From assembly GCA_963733035.1 (NCBI GenBank), contig CAVTBU010000006.1:1003391-1067390 (forward strand): a stretch of 64,000 bases of DNA, in the 5' to 3' direction. This DNA comes from Pirellulales bacterium. GTDB taxonomy: Bacteria > Planctomycetota > Planctomycetia > Pirellulales > PALSA-1355. A program made the position numbers and the translations under genes. Positions 33,051 through 45,679 of the stretch are shown piece after piece. The notes under the pieces are model-generated. The model was given only the letters and a program-made list of their open reading frames with translations, was not told the origin of the DNA and searched no databases. Numbering within the stretch: position 1 is the first letter of the stretch; each line of letters opens with the position of its first letter.

Positions 33051-33079
33051 TTGACATCGCCATCGCGCATAGATAATCT
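33051..33079 (+). promoter_or_regulatory. Putative sigma70 promoter
   Basis: TTGACA-17 nt-TAATCT upstream of the hemolysin III gene. Confidence 0.55.
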
Positions 33080-33121
33080 CAATATTTGGCGACTTGGCTA
33101 ACGGCGCAGTGAGAGACACGA

Positions 33122-33795
33122 ATGGGTGACGAGAATGCCGGTCAAGCTTACGAGCTCAGTTGGGCTTCGATCGAGGACGAGATTGCCAACGGAGTCACGC
33201 ACGGTATCGGTCTGGCGCTGGCCATCGGCGGTCTCTGTTCGCTGATCGTGCTGACCGCGTACGGCGGCGATCTGCCACACATCGTTGGCTGCTCGGTTTA
33301 CGGCGTGTCGCTGGTGGTTCTCTACGGCGCGTCGACTCTCTACCATTTGGCCAGAGAGACGCACCTCAAGAAGATCCTGCAAACCGTCGACCACATCGCG
33401 ATCTACTTCCTGATTGCCGGCACCTACACGCCGTTCACGCTGGTAGACTTGCACGGATTCTGGAGTTGGCTGCTGTTCTGCCTGGTCTGGGGCATCGCAA
33501 CCCTCGGCATCATCGCCAAGATTACCTGGGGCGACCGCTGGCGTTCGCTCTCCCTGGCTTCGTACCTGGGCCTGGGCTGGTCCTGCCTGATCGCCGCCAG
33601 GCCGCTGTTGGAGTCGGTACCGCCAGCGCGCTGGCCTGGCTGCTTGCCGGCGGCCTGGCCTACACGATCGGCGTGATCTTTTTCGCCTTCGACCACATTC
33701 GATACTTTCACGCGATCTGGCACGTCTTTGTCATTATCGGAAGTATCTGTCACTTCTGCGCCGTCATCTTTTACGTCGTCCCCATGACGACCTAG
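33122..33795 (+). CDS. Hemolysin III / PAQR family membrane protein (frameshift ~33620)
   Basis: EIANGVTHGIG, STLYH, DHIAIYFLIAGTYTPF; GGLAYTIG and HAIWHVFV in the second frame. Confidence 0.92.
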
Positions 33796-33845
33796 CAACC
33801 GCCTGTCTCATCAGGAACTGCGACCACCCGCGGCTGGTGAAATCG

Positions 33846-33874
33846 TTGACGTTGATTGAGGCACAGCGTACATT
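33846..33874 (+). promoter_or_regulatory. Putative sigma70 promoter
   Basis: TTGACG-17 nt-TACATT upstream of the GGGAGG SD and ATG 33928. Confidence 0.5.
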
Positions 33875-33927
33875 GCGGGCGTTGTTTGACACGCCGCCTC
33901 CACCGCATTTGCAATGGGAGGATTGAG

Positions 33928-34539
33928 ATGGTGTTGGAAAACCACTACCAGCGTTTGGCCTCTCGCCGAGCGCTCGCTGGGCTCACGCTCTTGGCCGCCT
34001 TGGCAATTCCCCTCGGCAAGTGCGTGGCTGCCGCGCCGCAGTCGGACGCTTCTCCGTCGCAGGATGAAAGCCAGGCGCCAGTGGCGCAGGCCGCCGGATC
34101 GACCGCACGTCTGGAGGCAAAGTCCGCGCACGACGATGTGCGGGCCTTGCAAGGAACTTGGAGCTTCGACTTCTATTATTCCGATTGGTGGCCGGAGCGG
34201 ATCACGAATCCTCCCCTCACCCGCGAGCAGTGGCGTTGGTCGATCGCCGGCAGCGAAATCCATTGGAGCGGCATGAAAATCGACGACGTGAGCCTATCGT
34301 TCGCCGTCGAACCGGCGAAGTCGCCGCGGCAAATCAACCTGACCTTTCTCGACGGCCCGCACAAAGGCAGAACCCTTCGCGGCATCTACAAGTTTTCCGG
34401 CAAAGATACCTGCCAAATCTGCTTCTCCGATCCAGCGGCCAAAGTGAAACGCCCGGCCAACATTTCCTATTCGACCGGCGAGGGCCGCACGATGTTTTTC
34501 ATCAAGCGAGTGGCCCAGGAAGCGCCTGGTAAGCAGTAG
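33928..34539 (+). CDS. TIGR03067-domain secreted protein (planctomycete)
   Basis: ALQGTW...PAKSPRQINL...GRTLRGIYKF...ICF...RP pattern. Confidence 0.82.
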   Translation: MVLENHYQRLASRRALAGLTLLAALAIPLGKCVAAAPQSDASPSQDESQAPVAQAAGSTARLEAKSAHDDVRALQGTWSFDFYYSDWWPERITNPPLTREQWRWSIAGSEIHWSGMKIDDVSLSFAVEPAKSPRQINLTFLDGPHKGRTLRGIYKFSGKDTCQICFSDPAAKVKRPANISYSTGEGRTMFFIKRVAQEAPGKQ

Positions 34540-34645
34540 ACATCCACCAGAAGGCAGCCGTCGAGCGACGAGACTCCTCTGGCTGTGCCCTCAGCGAGAA
34601 CTGGCGGCCGACACTTGCGCCGCTTTTGACTACCGGTGCCGGCGA

Positions 34646-37380
34646 CTAATCGTCGTCATCATCATCGTCGTCGAAGCCCGCACGCATGTCATCGGGGTCG
34701 TCCATTTTTGGCGACTTGAGCAGGCTCTTCCAGTCGAAGCCATGGTCAAACGGCTTGAGTGCCTTGGCCGGGTCGAAGATCCGCTGGTCGACGCGCACCA
34801 GGTCGTAGGGCGCAAAATCCGCCGCGTCGGTAAACATGTCGTGCGGCAGCGAGGCGGTCGCATCGAACTGGTTCAAATACGGAAGGTCCAACAGCGTGAA
34901 GATCGTCTTGAGCACCGAGCCAAAATTCATCAGCGTCGACGAAACGTAACCGCGCTTCACATGAGGGCTGATCAGCAGAAGCAGCGAGCGGTGCGCATCC
35001 ACGTGATCGCGCCCGCCTTGCGGATCGTCCTCGGTGACGACGATCAGCATTTTTTGCCAGTACGGCGAGTGCGAGAGCAGCTGCACAATCCGCCCGAGCG
35101 CCAGATCGTTGTCGGCCACGTACGATTCACTAAAGGGATAGCCCCCCTCGGGATTTGCACCCGTCATGTGGTCGTTTGGCAGCACCAGCGTGATCAACCG
35201 TGGCAGCGCCTCGCGTCCCGGGCCCCAGCGCTCCTGAAACTCGCGCTCGAACACGTCGGCCCGGTACTGGTCCGGAATACTCATGTTGTAGGTCGGATAG
35301 TTGCGCGACGTATTATCGAACAGCGGCTTGGGCAGCGGAAAGCTGACACTCATTTGGATGCCGGTGTGCTTGTGGATCTGCTCCTCGATCGACATCGGCA
35401 TCTCGGTGCCGAAGCCGAAGTTGAAGAACGCAACCCCGCGGCGCGCCAGGTGCTCCCACAGGCGCCGGCCTCGTTGTAGTCTTCGGGCATCACCGTGGCG
35501 CTCGAGCCGTTGACGTACCGGCGCCCCGGTGCGGAGCTGAACAGTCGCGACTCGATCCGCGAGCGCGCGTTGACTTCCACCCATTCGTTCGGATACACGC
35601 CCACGACCCAACGATGACCCGTGTTCGATTGATCGGCGTCGCAATAGAAGTTCTGGCTGATCGCGAATTGGTCGGCAATGGCGTGATGATTCGGCGTAAC
35701 GTCGACATCGTTCACGACCTGTCCCTCCTCATTGCGCAGTGTGACGCCGAGTCCCAGACCGGCCAGCGTGGGGTCTCCATCGACGCCGGCCCGCTGGCCA
35801 AAAACCTGGTCGAAGGTGCGGTTTTCCTTCACGATGAACACGACGTGCTCGATCGGACTCTTGCGCACACCGGAGGCCGGCGGCAGCGGATTGCGGCCGT
35901 CGTCGACCACCGTTTTCCGGCGGTACGTATTGCTCACGACCTGGCCGGTGTACGTTGCCAACGGTTGTGCGTCCGGCACTTCGACGCGCGCGAACAAGCC
36001 TTGCATGATGTCGCCGGGGTGCGACCCGCGCTCGGGCGCAACGAAGCCTTTCCCGCCATTCGGACCGGACCCCAGCCCCTTGGCGCTCGAAACGAACAGC
36101 TCTCGCCCACTCTTCGAAACCTGCACAAACGAGCAGAACCAGCCGGCGGGAATGTAGCCTTCCAGTTTGCTCGCAGCGGTATCGACCACGGCCACGGCAT
36201 TGAGACCCGCGCAGGCCACGTACAGCTTCGACTCGTCCGGGCTCAAGTCGAGTCCAAACGGCAACACGCCGCGCAAGCCTTCCAGGCCGGGCACGTTCAA
36301 CTCGATCTGCGAAACGATTTTATTTTTCGTCGTGTCGATGACGGAAATGGTGTCGTTCGTGGCATTCGACACATAGGCGGCGCGGCGGCCCACGGCCACG
36401 GTTGCCGGACTGGCACCTCCCACGGTGTTGATGTTCTTCCGCCGGGCACCGACGAGATACCCCGTCTTGATCCGCGCCTCGACCTTGCCGCTCTGCAAGT
36501 TGACTTTGAACACCGACATCGCGTCCGGATGATTGGGACTTCCCAGGCCTGGAATCCACAATCCTCCCACCATCACGCCTTGTTCGGCCTCTTTCGACGG
36601 TACACCGTAAGCCGGAAACGAAAGCCCGGCCGTGGCGCGATTCGCGGCGTTCACGCCGGGTAGCAGCGGGTACTCGAACATGCCCACGTTCGATACCCAG
36701 GCGTGCTGCTCGTCGGGCGACAGGCAAACGCTGAACGGATTACGCCCCACGCGCACCGACCTGGTCACGTTGCCCAGCTTCAGATCGACCGTGACCAGGC
36801 GATAGTTGAACTGATCGCAGGCATACAATTGGCGGCCATCGGAACGAACCGTGAAATCGCCCAGGAAGCTATCCTCAAAGCCGTCTCCATTGATCCCAAT
36901 GGTGCCGGTGGGCTGTCGGCTCTTGGTGTCAAACACCACGATCAAGCCGCGATTCGCGCTGCTCACGTACAGCTTCGATCCGTCGGGCGAATAGCACACG
37001 CCCATGTACATGCCGTCATCCGACCGCCGCTTGTCCAGACTGGCAAACGGCGTGACGCGATCCAGCACCCGCGGCGGATCGAGGGCCAGGAATTGAATTG
37101 CCCCGTTGCTGATGAGCGCGGCCTGAGTTTCGTCGGGACTGACGGCCATCCCCCAGCTATACGACTGCGTTTTGACATTTTTACCCGCGGGCGTCAGCAA
37201 TCGTCCACTCAGCAGCACCGCCGGCTCACCTTGAATGGTCGGCCGCAGCTTCACGCCGGGCGGCTCGAAGACCACAACCTCGCGCGGCGCGTCGGCCCCC
37301 CGCGCCAGGTTTCCAGCCGTGATAGATATGACAAGGCTGCACCATGTTACGCCAGCGATCATTCGAGTGAAGGTCTTCAT
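34646..37380 (-). CDS. YncE-type beta-propeller plus phosphoesterase/alkaline-phosphatase-family protein (frameshift ~35463)
   Basis: YVTN-like blades (VGRNP, YVSNATNDTISVID); FIVKENRTFDQVFG, TPNHH, LPNDH, VADNDLALG, EDDPQGGRDHVDAHRS. Confidence 0.9.
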
Positions 37381-38019
37381 ACGCCCCAGGATAAACACTC
37401 GCCGCTCGGCACGCGAGAGGGCCGGGCCGCGCAAATCCGCGGTCGACGCTGGTGAAAGAGCCCGTCGATTGTGCAGCCCACTCCAACCCGGTAACGAAAC
37501 GCCGAACCACGAGTTACGGAGTTACTGCTTGGAGTGCGATACACGTGCTCGCGGCAAAGCACCGCTTCATTGGGCGAAGCAGATTTGGCAGTGGAAATGT
37601 CCAAATGCATTTCGCCGCCGGGCGGACAAAACCATCCGGTATGTCGCGCTTCACGGGTCGAGCCGCCCAAGCGGTGTTGTTGAAAGGCACGGGATACGCG
37701 ATCCTGGTTCGTCGAATGGTGCGTAGAACCACGCACCATTCGTGAGCGTGACCTCGGTGCGCAATTGTCCTCTAGCCTGTGTCCGGGCCGACACACCGCG
37801 GACGATGTGACTGAAGGAATTTCGGTAGTCGCAATGGCGTGCACGATTTGCCGACTTCGCGACTGCCTGAGCACGGCTCGTACCGCGGCGTTATAGTGCC
37901 CACACCGCCGCAGCGAACAGACGCTGGTCTGCCACCTTGGCTCAAAGGAGGCGGCGGAGTATCGAGAACAGAGGGCGCGCGTCGTCTAACCAAGGACGAC
38001 TTCTTACAGCACTATTGTG

Positions 38020-39811
38020 TTAGCGGTCTGTGGCTGGCTCTCTCGACTTCGGCGCGACTTTAGCGCGTTCGACCAGCGCCTGTCGGAGTTGCTGCACTTG
38101 ATCAGGTGTGATCCGTTGCCCGGTCGATGACAACATCTTCAGGAAATGTTCAATGCCGGCGGTCTCGTACGGGAATCCAATATTTTTGCCCTCGGCGTCG
38201 TTGCTACTGGCAAGAACGTTCCCTTGAGCGTCCAAAATGGCGACCCAGGGGATACCGCCTGAGTTGTCTTTGCGCACTTTGTCCATTACTTGGCCACCGT
38301 TGGCATATCGCTCACGGAACATTTTGAGCACGATGAAGTCTTGGTCGATGATTGCCTTGTGTTGGTCCAGAAAACGCGACATCGAGAGGCAAGGAGCACA
38401 AGACATGGACGTCTCTTGAATATAGACTCGCTTGTTCTCACGACGAGCTTGTTCCAATGCGGCGTCAAGAAGCAGCTGCGCATCGAAATTGCTCGGCTTA
38501 TATTCGGCGAGAAACTTCTCAATTGCCTTGCGATCGATCTTCCCGCCTGCCTCAGCGGGGGCAAAGCTCTGGACGCCGACAACCTTTCCGTCGGCACTGA
38601 GTACAAGGAGGGCAGGTGGACCTAGCGTTTCGTTCGAAGCATCGAAGTCCGATAAAGCCTTCACTGTGGCCGGATCCTTCGCATTGACTCCAACGGCACG
38701 ATAGCTTCCCAGTTTTTCACGAAATACCAAGTCATTGTCGTAGATGCCCTGGTAGAGGCGGGCAAGTTGGTGGCTGGCTCGATCCTCTGGCATTCCAAGT
38801 ATGAGCAGTACGTGCACTTTGCCGAGCCGTGCGTCTGTGATGGCGGCAGAGATTCTGGCCTCCACGTCCGTAGATTTCGCGAACAAGACAGCAGCCTGAT
38901 GCTCGCCCGTTCGATCGACAACGCGCGCCCCCAAAGGCGACTCAAGACGAAATGCCGTTTCGGGAATCTCCTTGTTGAACTTTGAATGGCCGCGGCTTAA
39001 GACTCCGACTGTCTCAGCCAACTTGCGCGGAGGTACAGCGTTCTGAACAATTGGCGGAAATACAGCGGTGGTACACTTTACCGGCGCCCAAACACCTGGC
39101 GCAACTTTCTCAAGCGTTATGTCGGATCGGGTAGAAACAACTTCCTGTCCCGAAACCGCCAGCAGGTACTCGATGCGGCTTGGTAGCGCGTTCTTCTTCA
39201 TGTCAAGCGAGACGCGGAAGCCGAAAGGCGACAACTCAAACTGACCACTCGCAGGCGGCGTATAGAGAATGCATTGGTCACCCTTATTCCCCTCAAGCTT
39301 TGTATTCGGACGCTCACGCAGGATATCTGCATAGGTCATCGAGGAAGGTGCGTTGAACCACGTCTCGTAGTCAAGGCCGCCGGGCTTGTTAGACCGAGAT
39401 AGGTCCACGATAAACTCTTTGGCTTCCGCAATATAGCTTTTTGCCGTCTTTCCGTCCCAAACAAAGGTTTTGATCGCGGGCTGCCCTGGTCTAGTGACCC
39501 CCAGTTCAATTCGTTGCATTCCCGATCTGAAAATCTGGTGGGACACTTCTGTGTCGATTAATGGAACCGTACGAGGCGACCAATCTTTGGTGTTCAAAAA
39601 CGTTTTGCTCTCGGCGCAGAAAAACGTCATAAGACCGAATAGCCGCGCAGCCTTTGTCCCACGCGGATAACGCGTCCGCCACGCCAGGCGAGCTGCATGT
39701 TTCTGAGTTTGGGGTTGTGATCTGTGCCGATGACGAAGTCACGAGTGCCAAGCCCAACGAGCAGCCGACCAACGCCGAGACTACGCGGCTGGCAGCGGTG
39801 CGAACGTTCAC
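38020..39811 (-). CDS. Secreted protein with C-terminal thioredoxin-like domains (frameshift ~39622)
   Basis: AAGGAG SD and GTG 39811 signal peptide; C-terminal ARRENKRVYI..SCAPC, GGIPWVAILD, NIGFP. Confidence 0.72.
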
Positions 39812-40353
39812 GGCTGAGTCTCCTTGGCAATGAATCGTCAATAGGGTTTTATCAAAACCACGTCACACGGCCGAGCTTCGCGACCGCAATTGTCGTGTTC
39901 ACAGTTAGCGAGAACAAGCTGTACCAGTCGTTTTTCCGGCCCCAGCCGGTTGGAAATTGAGCCGGTCATTGGGGAGTGATTGCGTCTGGCCGCCGGAGTC
40001 GCTCTCAAAAAACCTTCGTTTGCCGGCACTCCTGCGCCGGAACTCAACAAGCTGCCGAAGTTTCGGCCGGCAGCGTTCCCGAACCCGGATCATCAATTAA
40101 CGTTCCGAATATCTCTGAACTTGACGTTGGGTGACGCGGAAGAATCCGTCGCACGAATTGCCCCAAGATTTCGGAACTGCAACCACGGCCGCGACATCGA
40201 TTTCACGAGGCTCGAGGTTTCCGTTGCTGAGAATGGGTTCGAGCGGCGGCCGCCAATGGCTCGAAATTTCGAGAATGTTTGCTCCTCTTCCGCGCCAGGG
40301 CGATATCATCGGGTCGGCGGTCGGATCTTCATCTGCCTGGGTGGGCTCGCGAG

Positions 40354-41778
40354 ATGGTTCCGGAAAAAGCAAGTACCGAAAGCATACGGACCGGATCCAG
40401 CACGCGGCTCGCGGCGGGGAACGGTGACCGGCTGGAGCCACCTTACCCACCGGCGGCGTACTCGTGGTATGTCGTCGGCGTGCTGATGGTCGTCTATGTG
40501 TTTTCGTTCATGGACCGGCAAATCCTTGGATTGCTGGTCGGTCCGATCAAGCGTGACCTGGACATTTCCGACACGCAGTTCAGCTACTTGATGGGGCTGA
40601 GCTTCGCGCTTTTCTACACGTTCTTCGGCATCCCGATTGGTCGGCTGGCCGATACCGTCTCACGTCGCGGGCTGATCGTCAGCGGGCTGTTCTTCTGGAG
40701 CTTGATGACCGCTGGCTGCGGCCTGGCCAATCGCTATTGGCATTTTCTTTTGTTGCGGATGGGGGTTGGCGTCGGGGAGGCCAGCCTGTCGCCGGCGGCG
40801 TACTCGATGATCAGCGATTCCTTCCCTCGCCACCGGCTCGCCACGGCGATCAGCGTCTATTCGATGGGTATCTACCTCGGCACGGGACTGTCGTACCTGA
40901 TTGGCGGCCTGGTCGTTCGCTGGGTCGGGGCCGAACCGTTTCTCACCGTTCCCTTGGTCGGCGAAATGCGATCGTGGCAGATTGTGTTTTTTGCGCTGGG
41001 CTTGCCAGGGTTGGCGCTGGCTTTGATTTTTGTGACGGTCAAGGAACCGATTCGCCGCGGCGTGCGGCGTATCCAAACCAAACGCGGCGAGAGTATTTCG
41101 GTTGTTTCTGTCTCCGCGGTCGCGGGTTACTTTTCCAGAAATTGGAAGACGCTCGTCTGCCACAACGTAGGGTTTGCCCTGTTGAGCCTTTCGTCGTACG
41201 GAACGACGTCCTGGATTCCGGCCTTCTTCCACCGCACCCACGGCTGGGAGCCAGCCGACGTCGGCGTGATTTATGGCGCCATCGTCGCGCTATTCGGCAC
41301 CTCGGGCATTGTGCTCGGCGGCTGGCTGGCCGACCGGATCGGGCGGAGCGGCACAACGGCCTCGAAGATGTACGTGGGCTTGTTGGCCGCCGTCATCTGG
41401 GTGCCGTCGGGAATTGCCTATCTCCTGGTTCCGTCCGGTACGATCGCCATGTTGCTGCTAGTGCCGACCGTTTTCTTTGTAGCCATGCCGTTCGGCGTCG
41501 CACCCGCCGCGATTCAGGAGATGATGCCCAATACGATGCGCGGCCAGGCATCGGCCCTATATTTGTTTGTCCTGAATCTGATTGGCCTGGGGCTAGGGCC
41601 TTCGGCAATCGCGTGGGTGACCGATTTCGGGTTCCGCGACGAAGCCATGTTGCGGTATTCGATACTGATTGTGACCACGGCAGCTCACACCGTTTCGGCG
41701 CTGTTGCTGTGGCTGGGAATCAAGCAATTCCGGCACAGCACACATCGACGGGACGAGTGGGAAGCGGATCAAGGGTAG
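40354..41778 (+). CDS. MFS transporter, spinster-like
   Basis: FSFMDRQILGLLV, GRLADTVSRR, RMGVGVGEASLSPAAYSMISD. Confidence 0.92.
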   Translation: MVPEKASTESIRTGSSTRLAAGNGDRLEPPYPPAAYSWYVVGVLMVVYVFSFMDRQILGLLVGPIKRDLDISDTQFSYLMGLSFALFYTFFGIPIGRLADTVSRRGLIVSGLFFWSLMTAGCGLANRYWHFLLLRMGVGVGEASLSPAAYSMISDSFPRHRLATAISVYSMGIYLGTGLSYLIGGLVVRWVGAEPFLTVPLVGEMRSWQIVFFALGLPGLALALIFVTVKEPIRRGVRRIQTKRGESISVVSVSAVAGYFSRNWKTLVCHNVGFALLSLSSYGTTSWIPAFFHRTHGWEPADVGVIYGAIVALFGTSGIVLGGWLADRIGRSGTTASKMYVGLLAAVIWVPSGIAYLLVPSGTIAMLLLVPTVFFVAMPFGVAPAAIQEMMPNTMRGQASALYLFVLNLIGLGLGPSAIAWVTDFGFRDEAMLRYSILIVTTAAHTVSALLLWLGIKQFRHSTHRRDEWEADQG

Positions 41779-41925
41779 ACGACAAGGATGTTTATGCCGC
41801 TACCCTGCGCACCCGTGACGGGTTCAGGCACCGGCGCCAGGTATCGCATGGTGTTCTTCTCAACCATGGGCCGAGCTTGGGACCTTGAGTTTATTGAGGG
41901 AATGCCGGGACCGGCTGCAAGGCGG

Positions 41926-43116
41926 TCAAGTCGTTGACGGTCGATTCGGTCGCGTTCCACGGAGCATGTCGACGGCCTCGGTGAGTCCGTCGATGGTCAG
42001 TTCGAACATTGGATAGACGCGGCGAATCAACCGGATGCTCGGCTCGTTCCAGCGGCCGTGCGGCTCGGGGTTGAGCCACACGGAATTGGGCACGCGCTGC
42101 CGTATCCGCTCGAGCCAGGTCAGTCCGGCGGTCGCATCGCGACGGCCGAAGTCGATGCCGCCCCAGTTGTGGGTCAGCTCGCTGGGCGCCATCCAGGCGT
42201 CGCCGACAAACACGACCGACCAGGTCTGATCGAGCGTCTTGAGCAGTTCGCTCGTCGGTTTGCCCTCGAGCGTTTGCATGTCGGTATAGATCCGCTGGTA
42301 GACGCAATTGTGAAAAAACCGGTGCTCGAACTTCTTGAAATGATTGGCGGCATGCGCGGCGCTGAACAGCCGCTCGCACAGGTGCGTGTGCGGGTCCATC
42401 GAGCCACCCACATCCATCAGCAACAGCAGCTTGACACGGTTGCGCCGCGGCGGCCCGAACACCAGTTCGATCTCGCCGCCATTGCGGGCAGTCTGATCGA
42501 TCGTCGTATCCAGTTCGAGCTCCTCGGGTCCTTCGTCGCGGTCGAGTCGCTTCAGGCGGCGCAGCGCGATGCCGATCTGGCGCGTGTCGAGAATACGATC
42601 GCTGCGCAAGTTGCGATAGCGCCTTGAGCCGGCCACCTGCACTGCCGAGCGGCCTCCGCCGCCGCCTCCCACGCGTATGCCGGTGGGGTGCTCGCCGCCG
42701 TGGCCGAACGGCGAGGTGCCGCCCGTGCCGATCCAGCGGTTGCCGCCGTCGTGTCGCTCTGTTTGCTCTTCCAAAAGCTTGCGAAAACGATCGTTCAGCT
42801 CGTCGAGGTCGAAGGCCTGCAGCTTGGCCCGATCTGCGTCGCTGATTTCCGGCAGGATCGGGTTCTCGAGCCAATCGAGCAGTTCCTGGCCGATGTCGGG
42901 CGTCGACGCGATATCGGCGAAGAACGAGGCGAACGCGCGATCGTACGTGTCGTACTCCGACTCGCGTTTGACGAGCAGGCACCGGGCCAGATGATAAAAC
43001 GTGTTCAGATCGGCCCGCGCGTGCCCCGCGCCGAGCGCCCGCATCAGGCTCAGCCACTCGGTGGTCGACACCTTCAGTCCGAACTCGCGCAGGTGGTAAA
43101 AGAAATCGACAAACAT
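41926..43116 (-). CDS. VWA-domain (CoxE-like) protein
   Basis: [47 protein letters not shown]. Confidence 0.9.
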   Translation of the reverse strand: MFVDFFYHLREFGLKVSTTEWLSLMRALGAGHARADLNTFYHLARCLLVKRESEYDTYDRAFASFFADIASTPDIGQELLDWLENPILPEISDADRAKLQAFDLDELNDRFRKLLEEQTERHDGGNRWIGTGGTSPFGHGGEHPTGIRVGGGGGGRSAVQVAGSRRYRNLRSDRILDTRQIGIALRRLKRLDRDEGPEELELDTTIDQTARNGGEIELVFGPPRRNRVKLLLLMDVGGSMDPHTHLCERLFSAAHAANHFKKFEHRFFHNCVYQRIYTDMQTLEGKPTSELLKTLDQTWSVVFVGDAWMAPSELTHNWGGIDFGRRDATAGLTWLERIRQRVPNSVWLNPEPHGRWNEPSIRLIRRVYPMFELTIDGLTEAVDMLRGTRPNRPSTT

Positions 43117-43149
43117 GAGTGACCTGGGGCCGACAATGCCAAACGGTTG

Positions 43150-43980
43150 TTAGCTCACGCGTCCGAACCGGCGATTGGTGAGCACCGTCTCGATGTCGCT
43201 CTCGCGCTTCAGCAGCACGCCCATGAACGGCAGCTCTTTGGCGATTGCCTCGGGCGTGATGCCGCCGCGCCGCAGCGCCGCGATCCAGTCGATCAGTTCG
43301 CTGGTTGAGGGGCGCTTGCGCACCTCGGGCAGATCGCGCAGCCAGTAGAATCGCAACAGGACCTGGCGCAACAGCTCGTCTTCGACGTCGGGATGGTGCA
43401 CGCGCACGATGTCGGCCATGGTCTCCTTGTCAGGAAACTCGATGTAATGGAACACGCAGCGCCGCAGGAACGCGTCGGGCAGCTCCTTTTCGTTGTTGGA
43501 CGTGATCACGACGATCGGCCGCTGCGCGGCTCGAACGCACTCGCCCGTTTCCAGCACGGTGAAATTCATGCGATCGAGCTCGTGCAGCAGATCGTTGGGA
43601 AACTCCATGTCGGCCTTGTCGATCTCGTCGATCAGCAGCACCACGCGTTCCTCGGCCCGCAGTGCTCGTCCGAGCGGGCCGAACTTGATGTACTGGCGAA
43701 TATCGCCGACATCGCCGCCGCCAAAGCGCGCGTCGTTGAGCCGCTGCACGGTGTCGTAGACGTACAACCCGTCTTGGGCCTTGGTGGTCGACTTGATGTG
43801 CCACGTCAAAAGGGGGCTGCCAAGGTTTTCGGCGATCGCCTCGGCGAGCACGGTTTTTCCCGTACCCGGCTCGCCGCGAATCAACAGCGGTTTTTCCAGT
43901 GCGCACGCGACGTTCACGGCGTCGCGCAGCTCGGGCGAGACCAGATACGTGTCCGTTCCAGTAAACAAATGGAAAGACAT
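43150..43980 (-). CDS. MoxR-family AAA+ ATPase (CoxD-like)
   Basis: GEPGTGKT, LIDEIDKAD.EFPNDLL, TSNNEKELPDAFLRRC. Confidence 0.93.
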   Translation of the reverse strand: MSFHLFTGTDTYLVSPELRDAVNVACALEKPLLIRGEPGTGKTVLAEAIAENLGSPLLTWHIKSTTKAQDGLYVYDTVQRLNDARFGGGDVGDIRQYIKFGPLGRALRAEERVVLLIDEIDKADMEFPNDLLHELDRMNFTVLETGECVRAAQRPIVVITSNNEKELPDAFLRRCVFHYIEFPDKETMADIVRVHHPDVEDELLRQVLLRFYWLRDLPEVRKRPSTSELIDWIAALRRGGITPEAIAKELPFMGVLLKRESDIETVLTNRRFGRVS

Positions 43981-44281
43981 GAACGCTCCTGCAAGTGGCA
44001 ATCGCATTCAACCGGCTCAATTGGGTCGAGTCGGTGTCGCGAGTCGCCAAGATGTTTGACCGATCCGCAAGTTCAACTCCTCCGAGTGTACAGGGCGTGC
44101 GCGGCGATGTCGACGCGGCGACATTCCCTTCCCTTCGCGCCCGGCGGCTGACGGCCGGCGGGTTTGCCCGCAGCTGGGGTCAGCATCGTCGGACCGCGCT
44201 TTTTTCGGGGGGCGTCGCGGCGGCAGTGCCATCGAGTATGATGTGATGCATCGACAACGAGCCATCGACGGGGATCCGGCC

Positions 44282-45649
<1,368 letters not shown>

Positions 45650-45679
45650 GAGTCACAACTCAGTGGACCCGCGATTGGC

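Noticed and set aside
37780..37860. GGCAAA-containing leader upstream of the YncE-phosphoesterase gene as a c-di-GMP-I riboswitch
   Set aside because: It lacks the GNRA-capped P2 and the GACGCAAAGC core.
37984..38026. Minus-strand CGCTAAC...GTTAGAC at the end of the thioredoxin-like gene, resembling an integron attC
   Set aside because: Only about 42 bp, no L boxes, an imperfect inverse core, and no integrase or sibling sites.
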